Source: Macrostomum lignano (taxonomy: Eukaryota). Taken from it: a stretch of 64,000 nt of DNA. The first letter of the stretch is position 1. Every line of letters begins with the position of its first letter. The stretch is taken from contig NIVC01002635.1 of the NCBI GenBank assembly GCA_002269645.1, positions 1-64,000 on the forward strand, given 5' to 3'. Below are positions 12,362 to 23,960 of this stretch, one piece after another. The translations under genes and the position numbers were made by a program. The notes beneath the pieces were generated by a model that was not told where the DNA came from, made no database searches, and saw nothing but the letters and a program-made list of their open reading frames with translations.

Positions 12362-14073
12362 TGCAGATCGGATGTTGCAGCCGCCAGGAGTTCCTCCTCC
12401 TCCTCGGCGCTCACCGGCTTCGGGTCGGGGTCGCCGGTGTCCATGGGCTCTTCTTCAGCAAAAGGCCCCCGATTGGCCGGAAGGCAGTAGGCAGCGTTCG
12501 CCGCCCTTTGCCCACCATCCATGGGGTCCTCCGCCTCAGATTGGCCCAATGCCCTGGAGCAGCCAGCCGCCTGGGCAGGCGGGTCCGTCTCCAGTCGGCC
12601 CTGCCCCGAGGGGTTGGGCCCAGCTGGGACGTCCCCACCCTCCCTGGACGAACTGGTGCGCCTAGGCGTCCCGGCGACCTCTCGCCTCAGCTGGGAGATT
12701 TTGGCGGTACGGACTGCCTCAGCTGCACGCTGGTACAGGCCGCGCCGCTTGGTGCTACGCGCCGGGCGTCGGTCGCCTCCGCCCTCAGCAGCGCGCTCAG
12801 CTTTGCCCGCGCGGCCGTGCTGCCGGGCAGGGCGGTTTGCTTTGGCAGTCTGAGCAGAGGCTTGCGCCTCGGCCCCGGCCGCCTCCGCATCCCGCCCGCC
12901 CTGCTCACTGCCACGGGGAGGGTCGGCCTCGTAGGAGCGGATGCGCAGCTTCCAAAGGCCGACGTTGATGAAGCTGCCGTGTGGATAACGCCTCATCCAG
13001 GCGTCCGACAGCCCCAGGATGGCTGTGAAGCCAGTGCCGTCGGTGCGCTTAAGGGTGTCATGCACCACTAGGCCCGCGGCGGGAAGCTCCCGGTTGACTG
13101 CTAGCAGTCCTTTCCGGAGCTCGTCAGCAGAGGTAACAACGCTCCTGGCCGGGACCCAGATTCGATGCCTCTTGGTCCGGGGGCGCTCGTCCTCTCTGCA
13201 GAAGGCTAGGTTGAGGTCCCAGCTCTGCTCGGGCAGCAGCTCAAGGAGCCGCCGACCCGAGTCAGCATCACTGGGCCAAATGAGAAGGCACGAGTCCCTC
13301 GTCGCATTCGAATGAATGTTCAGAGGCGTGCCCTTCAGAGTTTGCTTCCACAGGAGGCCATCAACGGCACTTCTCACCTGCTTCAGCTGATCGGGAGACA
13401 GGCGCGCGTCCTTTCCCAAGATGACAACCGCCGGTTGCCTCTTTGCCGCATCAGCGTAGGAGGCCCGGGGGTCAGTGGAGCTTTCTTCAGGTGGGCTGTC
13501 CACCCTCCCGGCTGCATCGGCCTCCCTATCCTGGGCAGGGGCTTCCGTGGGCTCGAGACCCTCTTCCGCCACCGCCCCAGACTGGGAAGCTTCCGCTGCC
13601 GCGGGCCGTTGGCCCCTGGCACCGGTTTGGCTTCCGCCCTCCTTGGCCCGCCTCGCCTTGTTAAGTCGACGGCGGGCAGCTCCAGAGGTGGTGCTGCGTT
13701 TCTTAGCAGCTGGAGTAGCAGGTGTCTTCTCGGAGGCACCGCTCAGAGTTGGCTCCACGGGTCTCGCCGAGGCGTCCCCGATGGTAGCAGGTGGTATGGC
13801 CGAGGAGTCCACGGCCCCAGCCGAGGCCGGAGGCACTGTGTCATCCACAGCCGGTTTGTTACTTCGGTTAGAAGCCATTGGCTGGAAGTAAAAAGGTGGG
13901 ACTTCCTGCAGAACACAGGCAAAGAGCCGCAAGGCCGCAACCCCAAACCAAGCGGCAGGCCCCCAAAAAGCAAAATACCACCCTGCGGGGGACCCAAAAG
14001 CGCAAGGGGAACCGTTAGCGACCAGACTACTCCCTGGCCAAGCGTCCATCAGCACGGAGTTACACTGGGACAT
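12358..14073 (-). CDS. LINE ORF1 (gag-like, no CCHC knuckle seen); overlaps the ORF2 start as ATGA
   Basis: 571-aa ORF directly upstream of ORF2 inside the TSD-bounded element; low-complexity basic ends around a globular core. The true start may be the internal Met (MASNRSNK). Confidence 0.8.
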   Translation of the reverse strand: MSQCNSVLMDAWPGSSLVANGSPCAFGSPAGWYFAFWGPAAWFGVAALRLFACVLQEVPPFYFQPMASNRSNKPAVDDTVPPASAGAVDSSAIPPATIGDASARPVEPTLSGASEKTPATPAAKKRSTTSGAARRRLNKARRAKEGGSQTGARGQRPAAAEASQSGAVAEEGLEPTEAPAQDREADAAGRVDSPPEESSTDPRASYADAAKRQPAVVILGKDARLSPDQLKQVRSAVDGLLWKQTLKGTPLNIHSNATRDSCLLIWPSDADSGRRLLELLPEQSWDLNLAFCREDERPRTKRHRIWVPARSVVTSADELRKGLLAVNRELPAAGLVVHDTLKRTDGTGFTAILGLSDAWMRRYPHGSFINVGLWKLRIRSYEADPPRGSEQGGRDAEAAGAEAQASAQTAKANRPARQHGRAGKAERAAEGGGDRRPARSTKRRGLYQRAAEAVRTAKISQLRREVAGTPRRTSSSREGGDVPAGPNPSGQGRLETDPPAQAAGCSRALGQSEAEDPMDGGQRAANAAYCLPANRGPFAEEEPMDTGDPDPKPVSAEEEEELLAAATSDLQ

Positions 14074-14369
14074 TAGAGGGTGCGTTTATGGTCACACCAG
14101 GACCCGGCGCCAACGAATCAGCTCGGCAGGGCCCAAGGGGGCCTGCCTTAACACCCACGGGACGAGTACCCTTCGAAGTGCGCCTTGCAAGGTGAAAATC
14201 AGGAGACAGAGTCTCTTGAGCTATCAGCCCGCCAGGGGAGGCAGGTGTGAGCATCGCTGGCTGGGATAAAGGCCATACCAGTCTCATACTGCACAGATAG
14301 TTCACCACGCCATTACGTGCAGGACCCGGGGTCCTGGGGGCAACAGCGCCGGCAGATATTAGGTCAGTT

Positions 14370-14396
14370 GTCAAAACTTTTTGAATGCCCCTCGTA
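14370..14396 (-). mobile_element. mariner 5' TIR and TA target site
   Basis: Minus strand reads TA-CGAGGGGCATTCAAAAAGTTTTGAC, a typical mariner terminus; the empty TA site is seen at 6852-6853. Confidence 0.85.
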
Positions 14397-15092
14397 GGAA
14401 CCCTCTCACCCAATTTATGTAATCTGATTTAGACTGATCCTGCGTCTCCTGCGTCTCCTGCGGCTGCTCCTGCTCCAGCTCGGCTGGTCGTAGCGCCTGC
14501 TGCTGCTGCTGCTCCAGCTCGGTTGGTCGTAGCGCCTGCTGCTGCTGCTCGAGCTCGGCCGGTTGTAGCGCCTGCTGCTGCTGCTGCTCGCGCTCGGCCG
14601 GTTGTGCGCCTGCTGCTGCTGCTGCTCGCGCTCGGCCGGTTGTAGCGCCTGCTGCTGCTGCTGCTCGCGCTCGGCCGGTTGTAGCGCCTGCTGCTGCTGC
14701 TGCTGCTGCTGCTGCTCGGCTTGGTGCCACGTTGCAGGATGCGGTGGCAGTGGTCGGCCATTAATAATCTCTGTGCGGGCCACAGCTATATAGGCTCGTG
14801 CGTACTCACGTGCCTGCACTTGATGCTCTTTGCCCTTTATGGGCTTTCCCTTATGCTCATTGAGCTCCGGGTGGTGGCTTCTGTAGTGCGAGCGGAGCAG
14901 GACGCACGCCTCTCTACACACACAGCACATGCCGTGACCAGAGGTAACTGATCGCTCGAAGGTCGCAAACCATAAGGTCGCTGCGTCATCTTCGACGCGA
15001 TGATCTGGGTGTCGACTTCTAGCATGGCATGCCAAGTTGTCTTTTCGCATTTCCGCTTCGCAGATGACGCAGTTTACATGGATTGATGGCAT
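14397..15092 (-). CDS. Unrecognised double zinc-finger-like protein with poly-Q repeat tail, paralog 1 (3' end hit by mariner)
   Basis: CVICEAEMRKDNLACHARSRH ... GMCCVC...RSHYRSHHP ... PPHPATWH; homologous to 24760-25173 and 19261-20854. The repeat tail has a frame slip. Confidence 0.65.
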
Positions 15093-15499
15093 GATCGCTG
15101 TTCGCTGAGGGTGAAAGGTTTCGCACGAACTATTCCTATCCGATTTGCCGGGCAGGAATGTGAAAGAAATATACCAATAGTAAAGATATTAAAAGATTGA
15201 TCGATTTAAATACATTTCAATCTCAATCAAAGACTGATTAATTGAGTGATAATCAGTCAATCAGTCAACCAGTCAATCATTCAATCTGTCAATCAGTCAG
15301 TCAATCATTAAATAAATTAGTCAATCAGTCAATCAGTCAATCAATGTTTTGATGCTGTCCCTCTTTTGTCCTTATTTTGTCTTGGGCCGCCCCCGTGGCC
15401 GACCCACAGGGCCCACCCCCCCGATTTATAATACAGTACAGTAAAAGTTTTTGTAATTTTAGAAAGCTTAATATCAACATTTGAATATGATTGCAATTT

Positions 15500-15553
15500 C
15501 TAACGACTTCAACGCGTTTCGCACGCCATGGTGCATCGTCAGGATTTTATTAG
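15500..15553 (-). ncRNA. Minimal type I hammerhead ribozyme-like motif
   Basis: Minus strand: CTAATAAAATC-CTGACGA-T-GCAC(CATGGC)GTGC-GAAACGCGT-T-GAAGTCGTTAG; core CUGANGA/GAAA, stem II, palindromic stem III. Confidence 0.7.
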
Positions 15554-16262
15554 AACGATTTGAGAAATTGAGATTGAAAGCGATTGATTAAATATTGGTT
15601 TTTGCAACGTACACAGGTAAGGAGGGTAAGATTGAAAACAATTGATTACAACTTGGCTTTAACAACATACATAGGTATAGTAGGTAGGAGAGAGAATTAT
15701 AGATTGAGATTGAAAGTTAAACCAAATGTACACAATTCTTGTCCAGTGGTCAAAAGGCAGAATCAGGGGCGGTAGCTAGCTTAGGTAATTGAACGTCAAG
15801 CTAAGTGTACACAGCGTGCACGACTGTGTCACTCACTGTTCAGAAAACGCGGAGAACGTGACCTGCACCATTATGTTGTAATTGGGTGTTGAGATTCGGG
15901 GTCTGAGCTTTTATGTGCAGGGCCTCGAGAATTCTAAGTTTGGCGTCAGTATGGCTTTGGTCAATGATTTTAAAGTGTTCTTCTGGTTTGCAGTCATTGC
16001 AGTTAGTGCATTCAAGGAGGTGAGTTTGTATAGCAGATGGTTTGAGCCAGTGTTCCCTGATCCTCGTGTGTAGGTGTCTTTTGGTTTTCCCCACGTAGGA
16101 GACGCTCTGGTCCACAAAGCAGTTAAATTGGTAGACAACACCTGCACGCAGAGTACAAGGAACACGCGACTTTAATCTGCTAACAAAGTTCCCAATCTTG
16201 TTCGTGTGGAAGACGACCCGGATGTTACGATTGAAAGAGGCAAAGAATTGCCTCTTTCAATT
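15500..16262 (-). mobile_element. Penelope-like element 3' fragment with GIY-YIG endonuclease
   Basis: GVVYQFNC...SYVGKTKRHLHTRIREH...FKII...LRILEALHIK...PNLN, then a 3' UTR. Confidence 0.85.
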
Positions 16263-16271
16263 GCCTGCATT

Positions 16272-16365
16272 GTAATTTTGATAGGTTATCTGCTAATTAT
16301 TCGAAATCAATCAAATCGGCCACTTTCGCTTCAACGCACGCCTTGTTGGCACAGTTTTTTCCTTT
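16272..16365 (-). pseudogene. Short copy of the JmjC gene 3' end
   Basis: Near-identical to 7365-7450 (KEKTVPTRRALKRK and the downstream flank). Confidence 0.7.
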
Positions 16366-16605
16366 AACTCCTTAATTTCGACAATTTATTCATACTATAC
16401 TAATTGATAATTAAAAGAGCAGCGTGTATTGCGATAAAATTTAGACTGATATAAAATAATTACATAAAAAATTATTGAAATATTAATAATAAGCACAGGA
16501 TTCAAACAAGCAAACAATAAGCATACAAGTAAGCAAACAAATAAGTAAATATTTTACATTATATAGTATTAGTATATACATTATGCATTATGCGTTATAT
16601 ATACA

Positions 16606-16902
16606 CAGGGGCGTAGCCAGGAATTATGTTTGGGGGGCGTGAGTTAGGAAGCGCCAGTTTCTTTATAGGGGGGAGGGCTGCCAGTTTTTTTATAGGGAGG
16701 CACCAATTTTTTTAATGGGGGGGGGGCGCCAATTTCTTTATAGGAGGGGGGCAGTTTATAGGGTTAGGGCGCCAGTTTCTTTATGGGGGGCGCCAGGAAA
16801 GCGGCAGCATTTCCAAAGGGGCGGTAAACCGCAGTTCTGGGGGGGGCGCGACGTGAAGTTGATTTTAATAAGTGAAATGGGGGGCGTTGCAGACGTTGCA
16901 GA
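16606..16902. mobile_element. hAT-like MITE remnant (one TIR only) with G-rich subterminal repeats
   Basis: Starts CAGGGGCGTAGCCAGGA; internal GGGGGCGCCAGTTTCTTTATA-like repeats; no matching right TIR or TSD found. Confidence 0.55.
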
Positions 16903-17175
16903 CCTAGTCCCTGGCGTTCTTGATTGCCTCTTGAAATTGACAAGTCCAACGGAGAAGCATCACTGGCGCCAGGCGGATCGCTTGCTTCTTCGAGATCGGC
17001 CCAAATTTGCTCCCGTTGACATCTTCTCCCTGTAAGCTGTCGGGCTAGGGTAGATCGGGCTTTGGCTTGTAGGATCACGGTAGAGTACAAAATTTCGAAT
17101 CTTGTTTTCGATGATCCTCCTAACTCGACGTTCGACTTTCGTTCGACGTTCGACGTTCGACGTTCGACGTTCCAT
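16903..17175 (-). pseudogene. Unrecognised ~78-aa family, copy 1 (frameshifted)
   Basis: RRIIENKIRNFVLYR..TSQSPIYPSPTAYREK [1-nt loss] NGSKFGPISKKQAIRLAPVMLLRWTCQFQEAIKNARD; the 5' end has a 7-nt (CGTTCGA) expansion. Confidence 0.6.
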
Positions 17176-17559
17176 TGCTGATGAGCAGAAAATTTGTTAA
17201 AAGGAGAATAGCTGGTAAAGGCACACGAAGGCTCGAATAAACTAAATATCCTAAGTAGTATCTCGAGTGTATGCTTAAGAAAATAATTTTCGCCCAGAAA
17301 ATTGTCTGCGCAGCAGATAGGCAGGCATATTTGGAGTGAGAAAGTATTTGAGCACAGTTTAGCAGCGGCTTGGCCTGAATGCGCTCACAAAAACTGAACT
17401 TCCACTTTGCTTCAGCTGTACAAATTCATTGCAGGGTTGCGAGTTGCAGCAACTCCACTGTACACGGGGTGTTCTGAACTTCTCCCTGTCTGTGTTCGTT
17501 TCACGTTCATTTTGTTTATTCGTCCGAGTTTCACACCCGCGGAAAAACTGCGCTGTTCG

Positions 17560-17962
17560 CGTGAAGAACGCGTTCGCCTCCCGATATCTACGACGGCATG
17601 AGTTCGTCTGCGAATATGCTGGCGAGCTTATAGAGTCGCGAAAGTTCATTGACCAGCGTGTCGAGCACTACGAACAACATGGCCTCGACACCTGGTACAT
17701 TTGTGAGGTTGTGCATCACTAAAAAAACTACGCGATTGACGCGCAGTACACCGAGCGACTCGGCCGCTTTCTGAATCACTCAAGGAGAAGTCCGAACTGT
17801 GTTGCCAGAATCATTTCAGTGCCTGTGGCCGACAAAACGTGCCGCTTCGCACTCTACTTCATTACGAATCGTGCGGTCGATAAGGGCGAGGAACTGCTGT
17901 TTGATTACGGCCCAAATGACCGAGAGACAATTGAAGCATGCACATGGCTTATTGACTGTTAA
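17560..17962 (+). pseudogene. SET-domain methyltransferase-like copy 1 (SETD8/PR-Set7 type), one in-frame stop
   Basis: AFASRYLRRHEFVCEYAGELI ... *KNYAIDAQYTERLGRFLNHSRRSPNC ... GEELLFDYGPNDRETIEACTWL; TAA at 17720-17722. Confidence 0.85.
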
Positions 17963-18043
17963 ATGTTGTTGCCTGACCCTAAAAATTGCTCATACTAATT
18001 TCGCAGCGCTTGGCGCCCCCCATGCACTTGCTGCTAATGCTTG

Positions 18044-18935
18044 AGCTACACCAACGGCTCCATTATTTCTAACGCTTACCTATTCTAATTTTTACCTACT
18101 CGATACCTTCTTAACAAATGATGCTGCACCATTTATGACGAGGTGACAACAAACAATGAAACTCAATCTGAAACGTGCGAAATTTAACAGTCCCAGACTT
18201 CTATTGTTCCTATAATATTTGAAACAGCGAGACAAGGCCTCCTTCAGAGCAGGCCCATAGAAATTTTCTGGTGCCCAAGCTAATATTGACTTTTAGGGGA
18301 TTAACACATACGGGCCTAATTTTGCGCTCGATTCCTAAATATTTACACGTTGCTAACTGAGCGCAGGGCTACAACATAAAACTGAACATAATGCGTAAAT
18401 AAGCGAAAATCGGTATCCTACGGGCCAACAAGCGCAAAATTCGATACGCTAAGCGGGAGGGAATTAAGCAATCACGGTCAAATGGTCAATCCACCACTCA
18501 GCGGGGTTTAAAAGGGAGACTGACTACTAGTAAATAGACCTTCTCGGTTCTGTAATCTATGATTGAGTGCCAGCTAGAAAAGCTGACGGCCTGCGTGTGA
18601 AAACATTCAAGGCTTATTTCTGAAAGTCATTTAGTTCCAATCTATTGTTACTATGGTTGAAGGTTACAGTTGAGGGACTTTCTATTCATAGATTTTCCAA
18701 TAATTGCTTGTGTTGTTAACCTTTAAAATTCGTCCAGATTTGTTACTATTTGGCTATGACGCATTAACTCTGCTAGTTTCGTATCACCATTGTCTTGTAA
18801 ACTTTTGGCAATACTAATTGCTTAAATGGCTTTCGACAAGCATAAACAACACTTTGGTCAAACGCTGTTGTTATGTCATGCAGGCGCACATGGAGATCAA
18901 TATTTATGCATACATAAACAGAGTCAAATATAGAC
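18044..18935. repeat. About 890-bp dispersed repeat, inverted copy at 34784-35686
   Basis: High end-to-end reverse-complement identity by eye; apparently non-coding. Confidence 0.85.
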
Positions 18936-19260
18936 CCTAACCCTACCCTAACCCTAACCCTAACCCTAGATTCCCACAGTTGACAATGACCCGCCGCTCA
19001 TAACGATGATCCATAATATGACCGCAGATCTCCCAGATCCATATTTTACATCTATATATTTAGCCAGACTGGTGAAATATCATCCCTAGCTAACACTTTA
19101 TTCCCAGTAGACATTTTATTCCCAGCAGCCAATTTAGCTCCAACTAACAATCCTCAGCTGAAATTTCAAACAGAATTTTATTTGCCTTTGTAAATCTCAA
19201 AGTGTCCAATTATTTGTATATATTATACTACAATTGTAATTAATTATACGAAGAGCTTAC

Positions 19261-20854
19261 CTTTTTTAGCTTTTCGATTTCGTCTGCGAATCGATGCCAG
19301 GTCGACGGATGAGTCAGCATGTCAGCATCTGTCTGGAGCGCCTTTCTCGCTATAGGCACATACGACAGCAAATTGCCTTGCCAGCCTTTTGTGAGGCTTG
19401 CCTTGTAGAACAATTCCGTTCCATACCTTCACTCCTAGCTGTGTGACGAAAGTAATGTGGCGAATACTGAATATATTTTATATTGTTTATTGATATGATA
19501 AGAGTGCGGTAAGAGTACGTCTATACGGCGAAAGCAGCGCAATCACATTTAAAAAGTAAGTAAGTAAATAGGGACTAACTAAGATAAGTAATAAGGCGCT
19601 TCAGCCATTGGATAGGCTCTTACGCCACTAGGAAATAATTAGATTTCAGGTTGGGAGTATACTAATAATGTACACTAAGTTCCTAAGCTAGGCTAAAAGA
19701 GACTGCAGTGACCATCAAGCCGAGCAGGCGACACCAGTCGGGCTGAGGGCGGGCCCTACCCCCAGCTGTCGGGGCGTCGCACCTACTCCAAACCACAAAA
19801 CTAAACCTCCCCAAGGCTATCAGGGGTCGATTGAACCTCGGAGGCAGCCCGTGTCTTCTCCTGGGATAGTGTACCTCCATATTATAGTCCGAAGACCTCC
19901 CCACGGCCGTTGCAACCCGGAGGAGCCTCCCCACCTACTGAACCCTGGGTACTCTTTGCCAAGACAGTCTCTTATCTTTGAAGCGGCAGGAGGGCTGTTT
20001 GCCGGGACTATTTCACCCTTTGCTCCGCCAACCCGCCTTTTAAATTAGGGGCCGTGCCAACCGCCTCGTCTTGGTCAGACTCAGTCCTGGTTTTGGCCCA
20101 CTCTAGCTTAAAGCTAGCCGTTCACCAGCAGACACTCCGAGGGAGACCGTCAGAGCATAAACGGATATATGCCTGTTTTAAATAGTAGCCCTTTTTAAAA
20201 CTTACAAATACTATTTACTCTTTCAAATTAAAAAATGCCAATATGTTTTTTTATTCTTCTTGCAACTCTTCCAATAATGCACTATTCCCCTGTACTTAGT
20301 AGGTCCAAATCTTTGTCATTGAACCCTTCTCTATCAGTCCCCCCTCTATTACCTAGTACATATCTTCTTTTTATACACAAAAATAACCGAAATCTCTTAT
20401 TTCTTACTCAAAACAAATATCTCACTTCAAATTAATTACATCGGCAGAGCCCTTATATCTGGGCTGAACCGAGGGCCCCAATTTAGCCCTGATCGTTTAT
20501 TAATAATAAATATAATAGCTATACATATATGCAATACTGTAAGAGGACAAAAATAATAACACTGTCTCACCTGGATGCCCGCGCCGGTAGTGGTCTCGAA
20601 TGCTGGAACTCAGAGCGGCGTGGTGCAGATCATGCACATAACGCCGCTCTCTACCCGAACCTTGTGCTCCATCGTGCTGAACGAGCGAAGGTCGGCAAAC
20701 CTTCGGTAGATCCGTTAAGACGGTTAAGATCGGTTAGGCACGTTAAGACGAACTTAGAATGGTTCGTCTTAACGTGCCGCTGTAGGTTATCTAACCTCAT
20801 TTGCTTGCAGCAAAGGGCGCACTCTTTATCTATCGTTTTCTTTTTCTCTGCCAT
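19261..20854 (-). pseudogene. Double zinc-finger family paralog 3, spliced (exons 20854-20571 and 19434-19261)
   Basis: Exon 1: CALCCKQMRLDNLQRHVKTNH ... EHKVRVESGVMCMIC ... IRDHYRRGHP. Exon 2: GVKVWNGIVLQGKPHKRLARQF ... YVPIARKAL ... HPSTWHRF. Canonical, phase-compatible GT-AG junction; small frameshifts. Confidence 0.7.
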
Positions 20855-21080
20855 TTTCGTGCAAAGAAATTACTTAACTTCGATTTTACTGCGAGTGCCT
20901 TTACTTATATACCCTAACTCTAACCATGACCCTAAATTTTTAGGAGTTGCCAACCAATAGGAACTTGCCAACCAATCTTGCCAACCAATAGGAACTTGCC
21001 AACCAATCTTGCCAACCAATAGGAAATGTCTCGCTTAGCAGTCAGCCAAAAGGCAATAATTAATTATCAATCTCACACCC

Positions 21081-21289
21081 GAAAACAAGATTCGAAATTT
21101 TGTACTCTACCGTGGTCCTACAAGCCAAAGCCCGATCTACCCTAGCCCGACAGCTTACAGGGAAAAGATGTCAACGGGAGCAAATTTGGGCCGATCTCGA
21201 GGAAGCAAGCGATCCGCCTGGCGCCAGTGATGCTTCTCCGTTGGACTTGTCAATTTCAAGAGGCAATCAAGAACGCCAGGGACTACTAG
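21081..21289 (+). pseudogene. Unrecognised ~78-aa family, copy 2
   Basis: Near-identical to copy 1 in opposite orientation, sharing the same 1-nt loss. Confidence 0.6.
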
Positions 21290-21660
21290 GTCTAGGGTTT
21301 GCTTGTTTGAATCACTTACTTATTATTATTATTTCGCTTTAACTATTTTATCAATCTAATTTATTACGCATCATATTTTTAGCTGTTTACTGCCTGTGTA
21401 ATTCTACATTTTTATACATGTATTAAAAATACGCGCTGCTCTTTTACATGTAATTATCAATTTATCTAGTATGAATTAATTTTCATAATAGAAGACCGTG
21501 AAATTCGTGTCGCAGTTTTTGCCTTCTAATCTCTTTTTCAAGCGTGTTTATTATGCACAGGAACTGCTGGCTACTTGGTAGAAAAATTAGTAAGAAATTT
21601 AGTAAATTTTCTAAGAAATTTAAATAGTAAGTAGCGTGCGGTAAGGCTGATTGATGATAC

Positions 21661-22030
21661 TCTACCAAATGCCACTGAGTCCTCGGGGGTGCAGACTGCA
21701 TGGATCCACCCTGCTGGCACCAGCAATTTGTCTCTTGGCTGCAGCACAACACGGTAGACTGGGCCTGTTGCTGTTTCGTCCAGGAAAGTATCCGAGTCGG
21801 CAGCTTGCCAGTGCTCATATGCGCGGATGTTTCGCTCAGTAGGCAGCATTAGATAAGAAATTTTACAGCCGCTGGCTAGCGTGAACTAAAAGTCGCTTCC
21901 ACCTAGATCCATGTGAAAACTGGTAAATGATTTCTTCGCACTGATCAGCACTGATTCTGGAACAGCTGATCCTAAGCGGCATAAATTATTAATGCTAAAT
22001 TTGGTGAATAGTTCCGGCGTTTAAATATTT
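21661..22030 (-). pseudogene. JmjC pseudogene copy 2 (3'-truncated)
   Basis: FTSFHMDLGGSDF*FTLASGCKISYLMLPTERNIRAYEHW...LLVPAGWIHAVCTPEDSVAFG; same TAG as copy 1. Confidence 0.85.
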
Positions 22031-22177
22031 TCAAACGCCGTTCCCTGCTTTTTAATATTTAAAAAGTTCATTACCTTACCTTGCCTTGCCCTACCTCTCT
22101 GACTGAAATAAATTAAGCAATCACTTATTGAAATTTCTATGCTATCCTGTAAATCGCAGTCGATTGTCTTAATTTGT

Positions 22178-22240
22178 GCATTACCTAGATTGACTGATTG
22201 ACTGATTGACTGATTGACTGATTGACTGATTGACTGAGTA
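22178..22240. repeat. (GATTGACT)n microsatellite
   Basis: Direct reading; a related inverted tract lies at about 15250-15345. Confidence 0.85.
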
Positions 22241-22517
22241 TCACTCAATTAATCACCAGTCTTTGGTTGAGATTGAGATTTATTTAAATCAATCAATCTT
22301 TCATTATCTTTGATAGATTAACAATAGGGACAATCTAGGCAACAAAACAATGGGCCGTAAAGACGCCGTTGTCTGGCCCCAAGCCCAGAATGAAAAAGTC
22401 TGAGGGCGGCACTCTCTGCTTCAGGAATTTACAGTCTCTATGTCTCTCTCTGTACTTGAGGCTTATCTGTCTATTTCAATCAGAATTTTGTGGGGATCGC
22501 TAAAATTGACATGCATT

Positions 22518-22783
22518 TACAGAGTACAGCGTACAGAGTACAGCGTACAGAGTACAGCGTACAGAGTACAGCGTACAGAGTACAGCGTACAGAGTACAGC
22601 GTACAGAGTACAGCGTACAGAGTACAGCGTACAGAGTACAGCGTACAGAGTACAGCGTACAGAGTACAGCGTACAGAGTACAGCGTACAGAGTACAGCGT
22701 ACAGAGTACAGCGTACAGAGTACAGCGTACAGAGTACAGCGTACAGAGTACAGCGTACAGAGTACAGCGTACAGAGTACAGCG
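22518..22783. repeat. 14-bp minisatellite (TACAGAGTACAGCG) x19
   Basis: Perfect tandem array, 266 bp. Confidence 0.97.
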
Positions 22784-23605
22784 CGTACTATCCTAACTAT
22801 CCTGAAAACAACTTTAGATCCCCCGCCTACCACTTGCGCTACAACATATACACAAATGGGAGTCGGGTAAATACGTTTTCCTACTTGAATTTTAAGCAAC
22901 AAATCAAAGAAACATATTTTAGTTACTGTGTTCGCACCTCAATCTGATCGTTGACTGCTTTTGGATCTTGAGATAATGCCCGTACCGATGACGCGCGTCC
23001 AGATGACGCAACCGAGCGTGTGTCAGCAGCAGTCTACAAAAATCGGTAAAATTTGGTGGAATACTGAGAGATGGAGCCTGATGAATCACAGACAGTGAAG
23101 GTATGTATGCAAAATAAAAAAGTCATGCATCATCAGCAGATCAAAATGCACGCACGCCAAAACCTCCCAAAATCTCAAAACCCAAATCCTCTAAATTACA
23201 TTACATTTACTGTAATTACCGATGCGCTTTGTTTTTTACTTACATTCATGAATTTGAAGTAAGAAAAATAGCACTTCAGACCCCCCTTCAGTTCAGTGGG
23301 ACAGGAAGAACCCTTATTGCACAAAATTGTCATGAAATCCCCCTTCTGACAATGAAAAGCAGAAAATGAAAGATTAAACCAGTTAATACCACCGGATGAC
23401 TGGGCTTTTAACATAGAGTCATACATAGACAGCAGTGTTGGAACATTTTTCAAAGGAGGGCTATTGGTGGGGGGGGCACTTCGCACATTATTTTTTTAAT
23501 CTAAGGGCACCCTAACTCTTGCTGTTATGATGTCAGTTTGTGACATTGTGACAACCAGGCCAATATTCAATTGTGTTGAAAGTAGTAATAGAAAGTGTGA
23601 AAATG

Positions 23606-23960
23606 CTCCTCTCCTCTCTCATCTCTTTTCATCTCTTCTCCTCTCCTCTTCTCTTTCCTCTCCTCTCTCATCTCCTTTCATCTCTCCTCCTCTCTCCTCT
23701 TCTCTTTCCTCTCCTCTCTCATCTCCTTCCATCTCTTCTCCTCTCTCCTCTTCTCTTTCCTCTCCTCTCTCATCCCATCTCATATCCTCACCTCTCTCCC
23801 TTCCTCTCATCTCCATTTTCTTCTCCATTCTCTTCTCCCTTCTCTCCTCTCTCCTCATTCATCTCCCTTCTCTCAAGCCTCTCCTTTTTCATCTCTCATC
23901 TCGCCTACTATCTTCTCCTTTATTTCTTCGCCTCCTTTCACCTATGCTCATATTTATTCT
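23606..23960. repeat. CT-rich polypyrimidine low-complexity tract
   Basis: Direct reading; its left flank (about 23440-23605) recurs inverted at about 37820-38010. Confidence 0.9.

Larger units (their letters stand above)
8533..14353 (-). mobile_element. Full-length non-LTR retrotransposon (APE-RT-RNase H; LOA/R1-group-like)
   Basis: 12-bp TSD AGATATTAGGTC at 8521-8532 and 14354-14365; two ORFs; short (AAGTC/AAGT) 3' tail; RT motif PQGGVLTP. The clade call is an inference. Confidence 0.9.

Noticed and set aside
8900-13900. Numerous overlapping antisense ORFs in the LINE (likewise in the Gypsy element and LINEs A and B)
   Set aside because: Expected shadow ORFs in GC-rich coding DNA; no recognisable motifs.
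18937-18968. Telomere or telomere-addition site at (CCCTAA)n runs (also near 2495-2530 and 25703-25730)
   Set aside because: Only a few imperfect units, internal, with no array polarity.
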